Below, one piece after another: positions 1 through 12,500 of a stretch of DNA of 64,000 bases; position 1 is the first letter of the stretch; each line of letters begins with the position of its first letter. Where the stretch lies: positions 930,001 through 994,000 of the forward strand of contig JAWMAR010000478.1 in the NCBI GenBank assembly GCA_036785375.1, given 5' to 3'. The position numbers and the translations under genes are program-made. This DNA comes from Leucoraja ocellata. Taxonomy: Eukaryota. Under the pieces are notes generated by a model. It saw only the letters and a list, made by a program, of their open reading frames with translations. It did not search any database and was not told the origin of the DNA.

Positions 1-236
1 TTCAAAGGTTATTTATAGGTCACATACACCATAGGTGTAGTTAAATGCTTGTTGCCAATGCAGCACATAAAAACAAAAATACAGACATAACAATAATAAC
101 GAGATTTAAACATAAAAAACATCTCCCCACAATGGTTCCCATTATGAGGGAAGGCACAATGTCCAGTCCCCATCCCATGTCCATCCACAATCGGGCCTGT
201 TGAGGCCTCCGCAGTCGCCTTTATGGAGGCCCGATG
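1..236 (-). mobile_element. Truncated copy of the SINE-like element (representative of ~14 similar copies)
   Basis: Homologous to 45845-46090 and cut at ggcccgatg. Confidence 0.6.
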
Positions 237-488
237 CAGTTGAGTGTAGTTTAAGGCAGTTGTGTTGATGTTAGTTTTGCTACCTGCTTTCCCTGACTTC
301 CAGGTGTATTTTTAGGTTGTGAAGGTTTGGGCACGATCCGATAACTTGTCATCGAATACATTTTTCTCCACGGGTACTGATAGACTCCAAGATTCCTTAG
401 ATACAAAATAAACTGTATACGACTTCTTTAATGTTTATTTCTGAATTCATTATCAAATATTACTCACGGCAGTCTGTTTCTCCCACAG

Positions 489-521
489 GAGGGTCAAGTG
501 GATACGATAATGGAGGCTACG
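489..521 (+). CDS. micro-exon 1 GGSSGYDNGGY
   Basis: cacAG|33 nt|GTaaat. Confidence 0.7.
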
Positions 522-3500
522 GTAAATATATTATAGTTTAATACATTCTTTACTTAATCCACAAAGCACTGATAGACAGGTGACAGTCAATGTTAGAATA
601 CCGCAGAAGGCTAAAGGACCAGGGTTAATGTTCCATGTCGACGATCTGCCGGTGGTGACCCCGTCAGTGATAGGAGCAGAAATCCCTCACAGTTGGCTTT
701 ACAAGGAGGGAAAAGGTAGTGAATGAAGCAGGAATCAACACGGCCGATGTTGTCGAATTGAGTTCAGTGCAGTTAAGTTGGATTTAGATGAGTCGTGCAG
801 TTGAGATGAGTTGAGGTTGGTCTAATTGAGTTGAATATAATACAGTTCAGTTCATGCAGTTGAGTTAAGTAGGTTGGTGCAGTTGTGTTTCGTGCAGTCG
901 TCTTGAGTTTAGTGCTGTTGAGTTGATGTTAATGCTGTTGAGTTGAAAGGTTCAAAGGTTATTTATAGGTCACATACACCATAGGTGTAGTGAAATGCTT
1001 GTTGCCAATGCAGCACATAAAGAAAAAAAACAGACATAACAATAATAAAGAGATTTAAACATAAAAAACATCTCCCTACAATGGTTCCCATTATGAGGGA
1101 AGGCACAATATTCAGTCCCCATCCCATTCCCACCCATTGTCGATCCTATTGAGGCTCCACTTCTCCTTTATGGAGGCCCGATGCAGTTCAGTGTAGTTTA
1201 AGGCAGTTGTGTTGATGTTAGTCTTGCATCCTGCCTTCCTTGACTTCCAGGTGTATTTTTAGGTTGTGAAGGCTTGGGCCCGATCCGATAACATGTCATC
1301 ACATACATTGTTCTCCACAGATATTGGTAGACTCCAAGATTCCTTAGCTACAAAATAAACTGTATACGACTGCTTTAATGTTTATTTCTGAATTCGTCAT
1401 CAAATATTACTCACGGCAGTCTGTTTCTCCCACAGGAGGGTCAAGTGGATACGATAACGGAGGCTACGGTAAATATATTATAGTTTAATATATTATACAC
1501 TTAATCCACAAAGCACTGATAGACAGGTGACAGGCAATGTTAGAATACCACAGAACGCTAAAACACCAGGGTTAATGTTCCATGTTGACGATCTGCCGGT
1601 AGTGACCCCGTCAGCGAGAGGAGCAGAATTCCCTCACGGCTGGCTTTACAAGGAGGGAAAAGGCAGTGAATGAAGCGGGAATCCCAGGGATCAACACGGC
1701 TGATGTTGTTGTGATGAGTTGAGCTTGGGTCAGTTGAGTTGAATATAGCTGAGTTTAGTACAGTTGAGTTAAGTCCAATTGAGTTGAGTTGGATTTATGT
1801 AGTTACGTTCATGCAGCTGAGTTGAGCTTAGCGCAGTTGTGTTGAATGCAATTAGGTTGAGTTTAGTGGAGTTGATTTGAGTAAAGAAGTTGAGTTGAGT
1901 TCATGTTGAGTTTTTAGTGCAGTTGAGTAGCCTTGAGATTCGTGCAGTTGAGTTTAATACAGTTGAATTGGTTGCAATTTAGTTGATTTGTTTATTGCAG
2001 TTGAGTGTACTGCAGTTGAGTTGCAATGGTTTAAGTGCAGTTGAGTTGGGTTTAGTGCAGTTGATTTTAGTATGGTGCACTTGAGTCAAGCTCAATGCAG
2101 TTGAGTGTAGTTTAAGGCAGTTGTGTTGAAGCGTTGATGTTAGTTTTGCAACCTGCCTTCCCCGACTTCCAGGTGTATTTTTAGTTTGTGAAGGTTTGGG
2201 CCCGATCCGATAACATGTCATCGCATACATTTTTCTCAACATGTACTGGTAGACTCCAAGATTCCTTAGCTACAAAATAAACTGTATACGACTGCTTTAA
2301 TGTTTATTTCTGAATTCGTCATCAAATATTACTCACGGCAGTCTGTTTCTCCCACAGGAGGGTCAAGTGGATACGATAACGGAGGCTACGGTAAATATAA
2401 AGTGGTTTAGTACATTCTTCACTTAATCCACAAAGCACTGATGGACAGGTGACAGTCAATGTTAGAACACCACAGAGGCTAAAGAACCTGGGTTCATGTT
2501 CCATGTCAACAACCTGCCAGTGGTGACCCTGTCAGTGAGAGGAGCAGAATTCCCCCACGGTTGGCTTTACAAGGAAGGAAAAGGTAGTGAAGGAATCTGG
2601 AATCCCAGGGATCAACAGGACTGTTGTTGTTGTGATGAGTTGAGCTTAGACCAGTTTAGTTGAATTTAGCTGAGTTTAGTACAGTTGAGTTAAGTCCAAT
2701 TGAGTTGAGTTGGATTTATGTAGGTACGTTCATGCAGCTGAGTTGAGCTTAGCCCAGTTGTGTTGAATGCAATTGGGTTGAGGTTGGTTGAGTTTAGTGG
2801 GGTTGATATGAGTAAAGAGTTGAGTTGAGTTCATGTTGAGTTTTTAGTGCAGTTAAGTTGAGTTTAGTGCAGTTGAGTTTAATACAGTTGAATTCGTTGC
2901 AATTTAGTAGATTTGTTTATTGCAGTTGAGTGTACTGCAGTTGAGTTGCAATAGTTTATATGCAGTTGAGTTGGGTTTAGTGCAGTTGATTTTAGTATGG
3001 TGCACTTGAGTCAAGCTCAATGCAGTTGAGTGCAGTTTAAGGCAGTTGTGCTGATGTTAGTTTTGCAAATTGCCTTCCCTGACTTCCAGGTGTATTTTTA
3101 GTTTGTGAAGGTTTGGGCCCGATCCGATAACATGTCATCACATACATTTTTCTCTAAAGGTACTGGGAGACTCCAAGCTTCCTTAACTACAAAATAAACT
3201 GTATACAACTTCTTTAATGTTTATTTCTGAATTTGTCATCAAATATTACTCACGCCAGTCTGTTTCTCCCACAGGAGGGTCAAGTGGATACGATAACGGA
3301 GGCTACGGTAAATATAATGTGGTTTAGTCCATTCTTCACTTAATCCACAAAACAATGATGGACAGGTGACAGTCAATGTTAGAATACCGCAGAAGGCTAA
3401 AGGACCAGGTTAATGTTCCATGTCGACAACATGCCGGTGGTGACCCCGTCAGTGAGAGGAGCAGAATTCCCTCATGGTTGGCTTTACAAGGAGGGAAAAG

Positions 3501-6500
3501 GTAGTGAATAAAGCAGGAATCCCAGAGATCAACATGATGGATGTTGTTGAGTTGAATTCAGTGCAGTTAAGTTGAATTTAGATGATTCGTGCAGTTGAGA
3601 TGAGTTGAGGTTGGTCTAATTGAGTTGAATATAATACAGTTGAGTTCATGCAGCTGAGTTGAGTAGGTTAGTGCAGTTGAGTTTCATGCAGTCGTCTTGA
3701 GTTTCGAGCAATTGAATTGGTTTTTGTGCAGTTGAGCTGGGTTTAGTGCAGTTTAGTTCGGTTTAGTGCAGTTATCGTTGGTTTAGTTGAATGTAGTTAA
3801 GGTGAGTTAAGTTTAGCTTAGTGCAGTTGAGTTTGGTGTAGTTGAGTGCAGTTGTTGAGTTGAGTTTAGTGCAGATGCGTTGAATTAAGTGCAGTCGAAT
3901 TAAGTGCAGTTGAGTTGCTTTTAATGCAGTTGGGTTGAGTTGAATGCAGATAAGTTGTGTTCAGGTAAATGCAGTTGAGTTGAGTGGAGTTAAGTTTTGT
4001 GCAGTTGATTTGTGTTGAGTTTAGTGCAGTTGGGTTTACTCCACTTGAGGTGAGTTTAGTGCTGTTGATGTAGTTGATGTAGTTCAGTTGAATATAATGG
4101 AGTTGAGTTGTTGAGTTTGAGTTGAGTTGAGTGTCATTGAGTGCAATGCAGTTGAGGTGAGTGCGGTTGAGGTGATAGCGGTTAACGTTATACTTGAGTT
4201 CAGTACAGTTGTGTTGAGGTAAATGCAGCTGGGTTGAGATGAGTTGAGTGGAGTGGAGTTTATTGCATTCGCGTTGAGTAGGTACTGTTGAGTTTAATGT
4301 AGATCAGTTGAATTTAATGCATTTGACTTTAGTTTAGTATAGTGAAGCGGAGTTGAGTGCAGTTGTGTTGATGTCAGTGCAGCTTCTCTGAGTTGAATTT
4401 AGTGCAGTTGATTTGGTGCAGTTGAGTTGGGTTAAGAGTAGTTTTGTAAATGTTCGTGTAGTTGAGGAGATGTGTTTAGTGAAGCTGCATTGCGTATGGC
4501 GCATCTGAGTTAAGTGCAGGTGAGTTGAATTGTGTTTACTGCAGTTGAGTTGTGATGAATAGTGTTGAGTTGCGTTGAGATGAGTGCAGTTCAGTTGATT
4601 TTTATTTAGTTTAGTGAATTTCGGTTTAGATTGGTTTAGATATGTTTTCTAACCTGAAGATCGTACCCATCACTCTGAGATAATAATGTTCAATATCTTC
4701 TGTGCTCTTTTCTCTGTTTCTCCAACAGGAGGATCAAGTGGATACAATAAGAACAAAGGCTACGGTAAATATAATGTAGTTTAATATATTCTTCACTTAA
4801 TCCACAAAACAATGATGGACAGGAGACAGTCAATGTTAGAATACCGCAGAAGGCTAAAGGACCAAGGTTAATGTTCCATGTCGACAACCTGCTGGTGGTG
4901 ACCCCGTCAGTGAGAGGAGCAGAAATCCCTCACAGTTGGCTTTACAAGGAGGGAAAAGGTAATGAATGTAGCAGGAATCCCAGGGATCAACACGGCCGAT
5001 GTTGTCGAATTGAGTTCAGTGCAGTTAAGTTGGATTTAGATGAGTTGTGCAGTTGAGATGAGTTGAAGTTGGTCTAATTGAGTTGAATATAATACAGTTG
5101 AGTTCATGCAGTTGAGTTGAGTAGGTTGGTGCAGTTTTAGTTTTGTGCAGTCATCTTGAGTTTCGAGCAGTTGAGTTGGCTTTCCTGCAGTTGAGCAGGG
5201 TTTAGTGCGGTTTAGTGCGGTTTAGTGCGGTTGTCGTTATTTTAATTGAATGTAGTTAAGGTTAGTTAAGTTTAGCTTAGTGCGGTATGGTTGAGTTTGG
5301 TGTAATTGGGTTCCATTGAGTGACGTTGTGGAGTTCAGTCACTGCGGTTGAGTGGAACGCGTTTGTAGAATGCCGTTGAGTGGAACAGAGTTGAGTGCAG
5401 TTGTGATGAGTTTATTGCTGGAGTTCACTGCAGTTGAGTTTAGTGCTGTTGAGTTGATGTTAATGCTGTTGAGTTGAAAGGTTCAAAGGTTATTTATAGG
5501 TCACATACACCATAGGTGTAGTTAAATGCTTGTTGCCAATGCAGCACATAAAAACAAAAATACAGACATAACAATAATAATGAGATTTAAACATAAAAAA
5601 CATCTCCCCACAATGGTTCCCATTATGAGGGAAGGCACAATGTCCAGTCCCCATCCCATGTCCATCCACAATCGGGCCTGTTGAGGCCTCCGCAGTCGCC
5701 TTTATGGAGGCCCGATGCAGTTGAGTGTACTTTAAGGCAGATGTGTTGAAGTGTTGATGTTAGTTTTGCTACCTGCCTTCCCTGACTTCCAGGTGTATTT
5801 TTAGGTTGTGAAGGTTTGGGCCCGATCCGATAACTTGTCATCGCATACATTTTTCTCCACGGGTACTGATAGACTCCAAGATTCCTTGGCTACAAAATAA
5901 ACTGTATACGACTTCTTTAATGTTTATTTCTGAATTCATTATCAAATATTACTCACGGCAGTCTGTTTCTCCCACAGGAGGGTCAAGTGGATACGATAAT
6001 GGAGGCTACGGTAAATATATTATAGTTTAATACATTCTTTACTTAATCCACAAAGCACTGATAGACAGGTGACAGTCAATGTTAGAATACCGCAGAAGGC
6101 TAAAGGACCAGAGTTAATGTTCCATGTCGACGAGCTGCCGGTGGTGACCCCGTCAGTGATAGGAGCAGAAATCCCTCACAGTTGGCTTTACAAGGAGGGA
6201 AAAGGTAGTGAATGAAGCAGGAATCAACACGGCCGATGTTGTCGAATTGAGTTCAGTGCAGTTAAGTTGGATTTAGATGAGTCGTGCAGTTGAGATGAGT
6301 TGAGGTTGGTCTAATTGAGTTGAATATAATACAACTGAGTACATGCAGTTGAGTTAAGTAGGTTGGTGCAGTTGTGTTTCGTGCAGTCGTCTTGAGTTTA
6401 GTGCTGTTGAGTTGATGTTAATGCTGTTGAATTGAAAGGTTCAAAGGTTATTTATAGGTCACATACACCATAGGTGTAGTGAAATGCTTGTTGCCAATGC

Positions 6501-9500
6501 AGCACATAAAGAAAAAAAACAGACATAACAATTATAAAGAGATTTAAACATAAAAAAACATCTCCCTACAATGGTTCCCATTATGAGGGAAGGCACAATA
6601 TTCAGTCCCCATCCCATTCCCACCCATTGTCGATCCTATTGAGGCTCCACTTCTCCTTTATGGAGGCCCGATGCAGTTCAGTGTAGTTTAAGGCAGTTGT
6701 GTTGATGTTAGTCTTGCATCCTGCCTTCCTTGACTTCCAGGTGTATTTTTAGTTTGTGAAGGCTTGGGCCCGATCCGATAACATGTCATCACATACATTG
6801 TTCTCCACAGATATTGGTAGACTCCAAGATTCCTTAGCTACAAAATAAACTGTATACGACTGCTTTAATGTTTATTTCTGAATTCGTCATCAAATATTAC
6901 TCACGGCAGTCTGTTTCTCCCACAGGAGGGTCAAGTGGATACGATAACGGAGGCTACGGTAAATATATTATAGTTTAATATATTATACACTTAATCCACA
7001 AAGCACTGATAGACAGGTGACAGGCAATGTTAGAATACCACAGAACGCTAAAACACCAGGGTTAATGTTCCATGTTGACGATCTGCCGGTAGTGACCCCG
7101 TCAGCGAGAGGAGCAGAATTCCCTCACGGCTGGCTTTACAAGGAGGGAAAAGGCAGTGAATGAAGCGGGAATCCCAGGGATCAACACGGCTGATGTTGTT
7201 GTGATGAGTTGAGCTTAGGTCAGTTGAGTTGAATATAGCTGAGTTTAGTACAGTTGAGTTAAGTCCAATTGAGTTGAGTTGGATTTATGTAGTTACGTTC
7301 ATGCAGCTGAGTTGAGCTTAGCGCAGTTGTGTTGAATGCAATTGGGTTGAGTTTAGTGGAGTTGATTTGAGTAAAGAAGTTGAGTTGAGTTCATGTTGAG
7401 TTTTTAGTGCAGTTGAGTAGCCTTGAGATTCGTGCAGTTGAGTTTAATACAGTTGAATTGGTTGCAATTTAGTTGATTTATTTATTGAAGTTGAGTGTAC
7501 TGCAGTTAAGTTGCAATGGTTTAAGTGCAGTTGAGTTGGGTTTAGTGCAGTTGATTTTAGTATGGTGCACTTGAGTCAAGCTCAATGCAGTTGAGTGTAG
7601 TTTAAGGCAGTTGTGTTGAAGCGTTGATGTTAGTTTTGCAACCTGCCTTCCCCGACTTCCAGGTGTATTTTTAGTTTGTGAAGGTTTGGGCCCGATCCGA
7701 TAACTTGTCATCGCATACATTTTTCTCCACGGGTACTGATAGACTCCAAGATTCCTTGGCTACAAAATAAACTGTATACGACTTCTTTAATGTTTATTTC
7801 TGAATTCATTATCAAATATTACTCACGGCAGTCTGTTTCTCCCACAGGAGGGTCAAGTGGATACGATAATGGAGGCTACGGTAAATATATTATAGTTTAA
7901 TACATTCTTTACTTAATCCACAAAGCACTGATAGACAGGTGACAGTCAATGTTAGAATACCGCAGAAGGCTAAAGGACCAGAGTTAATGTTCCATGTCGA
8001 CGATCTGCCGGTGGTGACCCCGTCTGTGATAGGAGCAGAAATCCCTCACAGTTGGCTTTACAAGGAGGGAAAAGGTAGTGAATGAAGCAGGAATCAACAC
8101 GGCCGATGTTGTCGAATTGAGTTCAGTGCAGTTAAGTTGGATTTAGATGAGTCGTGCAGTTGAGATGAGTTGAGGTTGGTCTAATTGAGTTGAATATAAT
8201 ACAACTGAGTACATGCAGTTGAGTTAAGTAGGTTGGTGCAGTTGTGTTTCGTGCAGTCGTCTTGAGTTTAGTGCTGTTGAGTTGATGTTAATGCTGTTGA
8301 ATTGAAAGGTTCAAAGGTTATTTATAGGTCACATACACCATAGGTGTAGTGAAATGCTTGTTGCCAATGCAGCACATAAAGAAAAAAAACAGACATAACA
8401 ATAATAAAGAGATTTAAACATAAAAAACATCTCCCTACAATGGTTCCCATTATGAGGGAAGGCACAATATTCAGTCCCCATCCCATTCCCACCCATTGTC
8501 GATCCTATTGAGGCTCCACTTCTCCTTTATGGAGGCCCGATGCAGTTCAGTGTAGTTTAAGGCAGTTGTGTTGATGTTAGTCTTGCATCCTGCCTTCCTT
8601 GACTTCCAGGTGTATTTTTAGGTTGTGAAGGCTTGGGCCCGATCCGATAACATGTCATCACATACATTGTTCTCCACAGATATTGGTAGACTCCAAGATT
8701 CCTTAGCTACAAAATAAACTGTATACGACTGCTTTAATGTTTATTTCTGAATTCGTCATCAAATATTACTCACGGCAGTCTGTTTCTCCCACAGGAGGGT
8801 CAAGTGGATACGATAACGGAGGCTACGGTAAATATATTATAGTTTAATATATTATACACTTAATCCACAAAGCACTGATAGACAGGTGACAGGCAATGTT
8901 AGAATACCACAGAACGCTAAAACACCAGGGTTAATGTTCCATGTTGACGATCTGCCGGTAGTGACCCCGTCAGCGAGAGGAGCAGAATTCCCTCACGGCT
9001 GGCTTTACAAGGAGGGAAAAGGCAGTGAATGAAGCGGGAATCCCAGGGATCAACACGGCTGATGTTGTTGTGATGAGTTGAGCTTGGGTCAGTTGAGTTG
9101 AATATAGCTGAGTTTAGTACAGTTGAGTTAAGTCCAATTGAGTTGAGTTGGATTTATGTAGTTACGTTCATGCAGCTGAGTTGAGCTTAGCGCAGTTGTG
9201 TTGAATGCAATTAGGTTGAGTTTAGTGGAGTTGATTTGAGTAAAGAAGTTGAGTTGAGTTCATGTTGAGTTTTTAGTGCAGTTGAGTAGCCGTGAGATTC
9301 GTGCAGTTGAGTTTAATACAGTTGAATTGGTTGCAATTTAGTTGATTTGTTTATTGCAGTTGAGTGTACTGCAGTTGAGTTGCAATGGTTTAAGTGCAGT
9401 TGAGTTGGGTTTAGTGCAGTTGATTTTAGTATGGTGCACTTGAGTCAAGCTCAATGCAGTTGAGTGTAGTTTAAGGCAGTTGTGTTGAAGCGTTGATGTT

Positions 9501-12500
9501 AGTTTTGCAACCTGCCTTCCCCGACTTCCAGGTGTATTTTTAGTTTGTGAAGGTTTGGGCCCGATCCGATAACATGTCATCGCATACATTTTTCTCAACA
9601 TGTACTGGTAGACTCCAAGATTCCTTAGCTACAAAATAAACTGTATACGACTGCTTTAATGTTTATTTCTGAATTCGTCATCAAATATTACTCACGGCAG
9701 TCTGTTTCTCCCACAGGAGGGTCAAGTGGATACGATAACGGAGGCTACGGTAAATATAAAGTGGTTTAGTACATTCTTCACTTAATCCACAAAGCACTGA
9801 TGGACAGGTGACAGTCAATGTTAGAACACCACAGAGGCTAAAGAACCTGGGTTCATGTTCCATGTCAACAACCTGCCAGTGGTGACCCTGTCAGTGAGAG
9901 GAGCAGAATTCCCCCACGGTTGGCTTTACAAGGAAGGAAAAGGTAGTGAAGGAATCTGGAATCCCAGGGATCAACAGGACTGATGTTGTTGTGATGAGTT
10001 GAGCTTAGACCAGTTTAGTTGAATTTAGCTGAGTTTAGTACAGTTGAGTTAAGTCCAATTGAGTTGAGTTGGATTTATGTTGGTACGTTCATGCAGCTGA
10101 GTTGAGCTTAGCCCAGTTGTGTTGAATGCAATTGGGTTGAGGTTGGTTGAGTTTAGTGGGGTTGATATGAGTAAAGAGTTGAGTTGAGTTCATGTTGAGT
10201 TTTTAGTGCAGTTAAGTTGAGTTTAGTGCAGTTGAGTTTAATACAGTTGAATTCGTTGCAATTTAGTAGATTTGTTTATTGCAGTTGAGTGTACTGTAGT
10301 TGAGTTGCAATGGTTTATATGCAGTTGAGTTGGGTTTAGTGCAGTTGATTTTAGTATGGTGCACTTGAGTCAAGCTCAATGCAGTTGAGTGCAGTTTAAG
10401 GCAGTTGTGCTGATGTTAGTTTTGCAAATTGCCTTCCCTGACTTCCAGGTGTATTTTTAGTTTGTGAAGGTTTGGGCCCGATCCGATAACATGTCATCAC
10501 ATACATTTTTCTCTAAAGGTACTGGGAGACTCCAAGCTTCCTTAACTACAAAATAAACTGTATACAACTTCTTTAATGTTTATTTCTGAATTTGTCATCA
10601 AATATTACTCACGCCAGTCTGTTTCTCCCACAGGAGGGTCAAGTGGATACGATAACGGAGGCTACGGTAAATATAATGTGGTTTAGTCCATTCTTCACTT
10701 AATCCACAAAACAATGATGGACAGGTGACAGTCAATGTTAGAATACCGCAGAAGGCTAAAGGACCAGGTTAATGTTCCATGTCGACAACATGCCGGTGGT
10801 GACCCCGTCAGTGAGAGGAGCAGAATTCCCTCATGGTTGGCTTTACAAGGAGGGAAAAGGTAGTGAATAAAGCAGGAATCCCAGAGATCAACATGATGGA
10901 TGTTGTTGAGTTGAATTCAGTGCAGTTAAGTTGAATTTAGATGATTCGTGCAGTTGAGATGAGTTGAGGTTGGTCTAATTGAGTTGAATATAATACAGTT
11001 GAGTTCATGCAGCTGAGTTGAGTAGGTTAGTGCAGTTGAGTTTCATGCAGTCGTCTTGAGTTTCGAGCAATTGAATTGGTTTTTGTGCAGTTGAGCTGGG
11101 TTTAGTGCAGTTTAGTTCGGTTTAGTGCAGTTATCGTTGGTTTAGTTGAATGTAGTTAAGGTGAGTTAAGTTTAGCTTAGTGCAGTTGAGTTTGGTGTAG
11201 TTGAGTGCAGTTGTTGAGTTGAGTTTAGTGCAGATGCGTTGAATTAAGTGCAGTCGAATTAAGTGCAGTTGAGTTGCTTTTAATGCAGTTGGGTTGAGTT
11301 GAATGCAGATAAGTTGTGTTCAGGTAAATGCAGTTGAGTTGAGTGGAGTTAAGTTTTGTGCAGTTGATTTGTGTTGAGTTTAGTGCAGTTGGGTTTACTC
11401 CACTTGAGGTGAGTTTAGTGCTGTTGATGTAGTTGATGTAGTTCAGTTGAATATAATGGAGTTGAGTTGTTGAGTTTGAGTTGAGTTGAGTGTCATTGAG
11501 TGCAATGCAGTTGAGGTGAGTGCGGTTGAGGTGATAGCGGTTAACGTTATACTTGAGTTCAGTACAGTTGTGTTGAGGTAAATGCAGCTGGGTTGAGATG
11601 AGTTGAGTGGAGTGGAGTTTATTGCATTCGCGTTGAGTAGGTACTGTTGAGTTTAATGTAGATCAGTTGAATTTAATGCATTTGACTTTAGTTTAGTATA
11701 GTGAAGCGGAGTTGAGTGCAGTTGTGTTGATGTCAGTGCAGCTTCTCTGAGTTGAATTTAGTGCAGTTGATTTGGTGCAGTTGAGTTGGGTTAAGAGTAG
11801 TTTTGTAAATGTTCGTGTAGTTGAGGAGATGTGTTTAGTGAAGCTGCATTGCGTATGGCGCATCTGAGTTAAGTGCAGGTGAGTTGAATTGTGTTTACTG
11901 CAGTTGAGTTGTGATGAATAGTGTTGAGTTGCGTTGAGATGAGTGCAGTTCAGTTGATTTTTATTTAGTTTAGTGAATTTCGGTTTAGATTGGTTTAGAT
12001 ATGTTTTCTAACCTGAAGATCGTACCCATCACTCTGAGATAATAATGTTCAATATCTTCTGTGCTCTTTTCTCTGTTTCTCCAACAGGAGGATCAAGTGG
12101 ATACAATAAGAACAAAGGCTACGGTAAATATAATGTAGTTTAATATATTCTTCACTTAATCCACAAAACAATGATGGACAGGAGACAGTCAATGTTAGAA
12201 TACCGCAGAAGGCTAAAGGACCAAGGTTAATGTTCCATGTCGACAACCTGCTGGTGGTGACCCCGTCAGTGAGAGGAGCAGAAATCCCTCACAGTTGGCT
12301 TTACAAGGAGGGAAAAGGTAATGAATGTAGCAGGAATCCCAGGGATCAACACGGCCGATGTTGTCGAATTGAGTTCAGTGCAGTTAAGTTGGATTTAGAT
12401 GAGTTGTGCAGTTGAGATGAGTTGAAGTTGGTCTAATTGAGTTGAATATAATACAGTTGAGTTCATGCAGTTGAGTTGAGTAGGTTGGTGCAGTTTTAGT

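Noticed and set aside
489-521. Phase-0 reading of the micro-exon (EGQVDTITEAT)n
   Set aside because: This frame is also open, so it is not formally excluded. However, the recurrent variants that are silent in phase 1 are missense in phase 0. The third frame has a TAA stop.
1979-2504. Recurrent minus-strand ORFs (MYAMTCYRIG..., MEHEPR..., MSTWNIN...) and plus-strand MFHVD... as a small-protein family
   Set aside because: They recur only because the DNA is repeated. Starts, lengths and frames vary between copies, 1-nt indels break them, and they run into satellite or SINE sequence.
2436-2537. Intronic hairpin, miRNA or C/D snoRNA in each unit (cactgatgg...ccgtcagtg; atgatg C-box-like)
   Set aside because: Only three short interrupted helices form. 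The outer arm is broken in many copies (aacaatgatgg) with no visible compensation, the C box is imperfect, and no D box is suitably placed.
4514-4530. tgcag|gtgagt words in spacers as recursive splice sites
   Set aside because: There is no upstream pyrimidine tract, and such words are expected from juxtaposed satellite pentamers.
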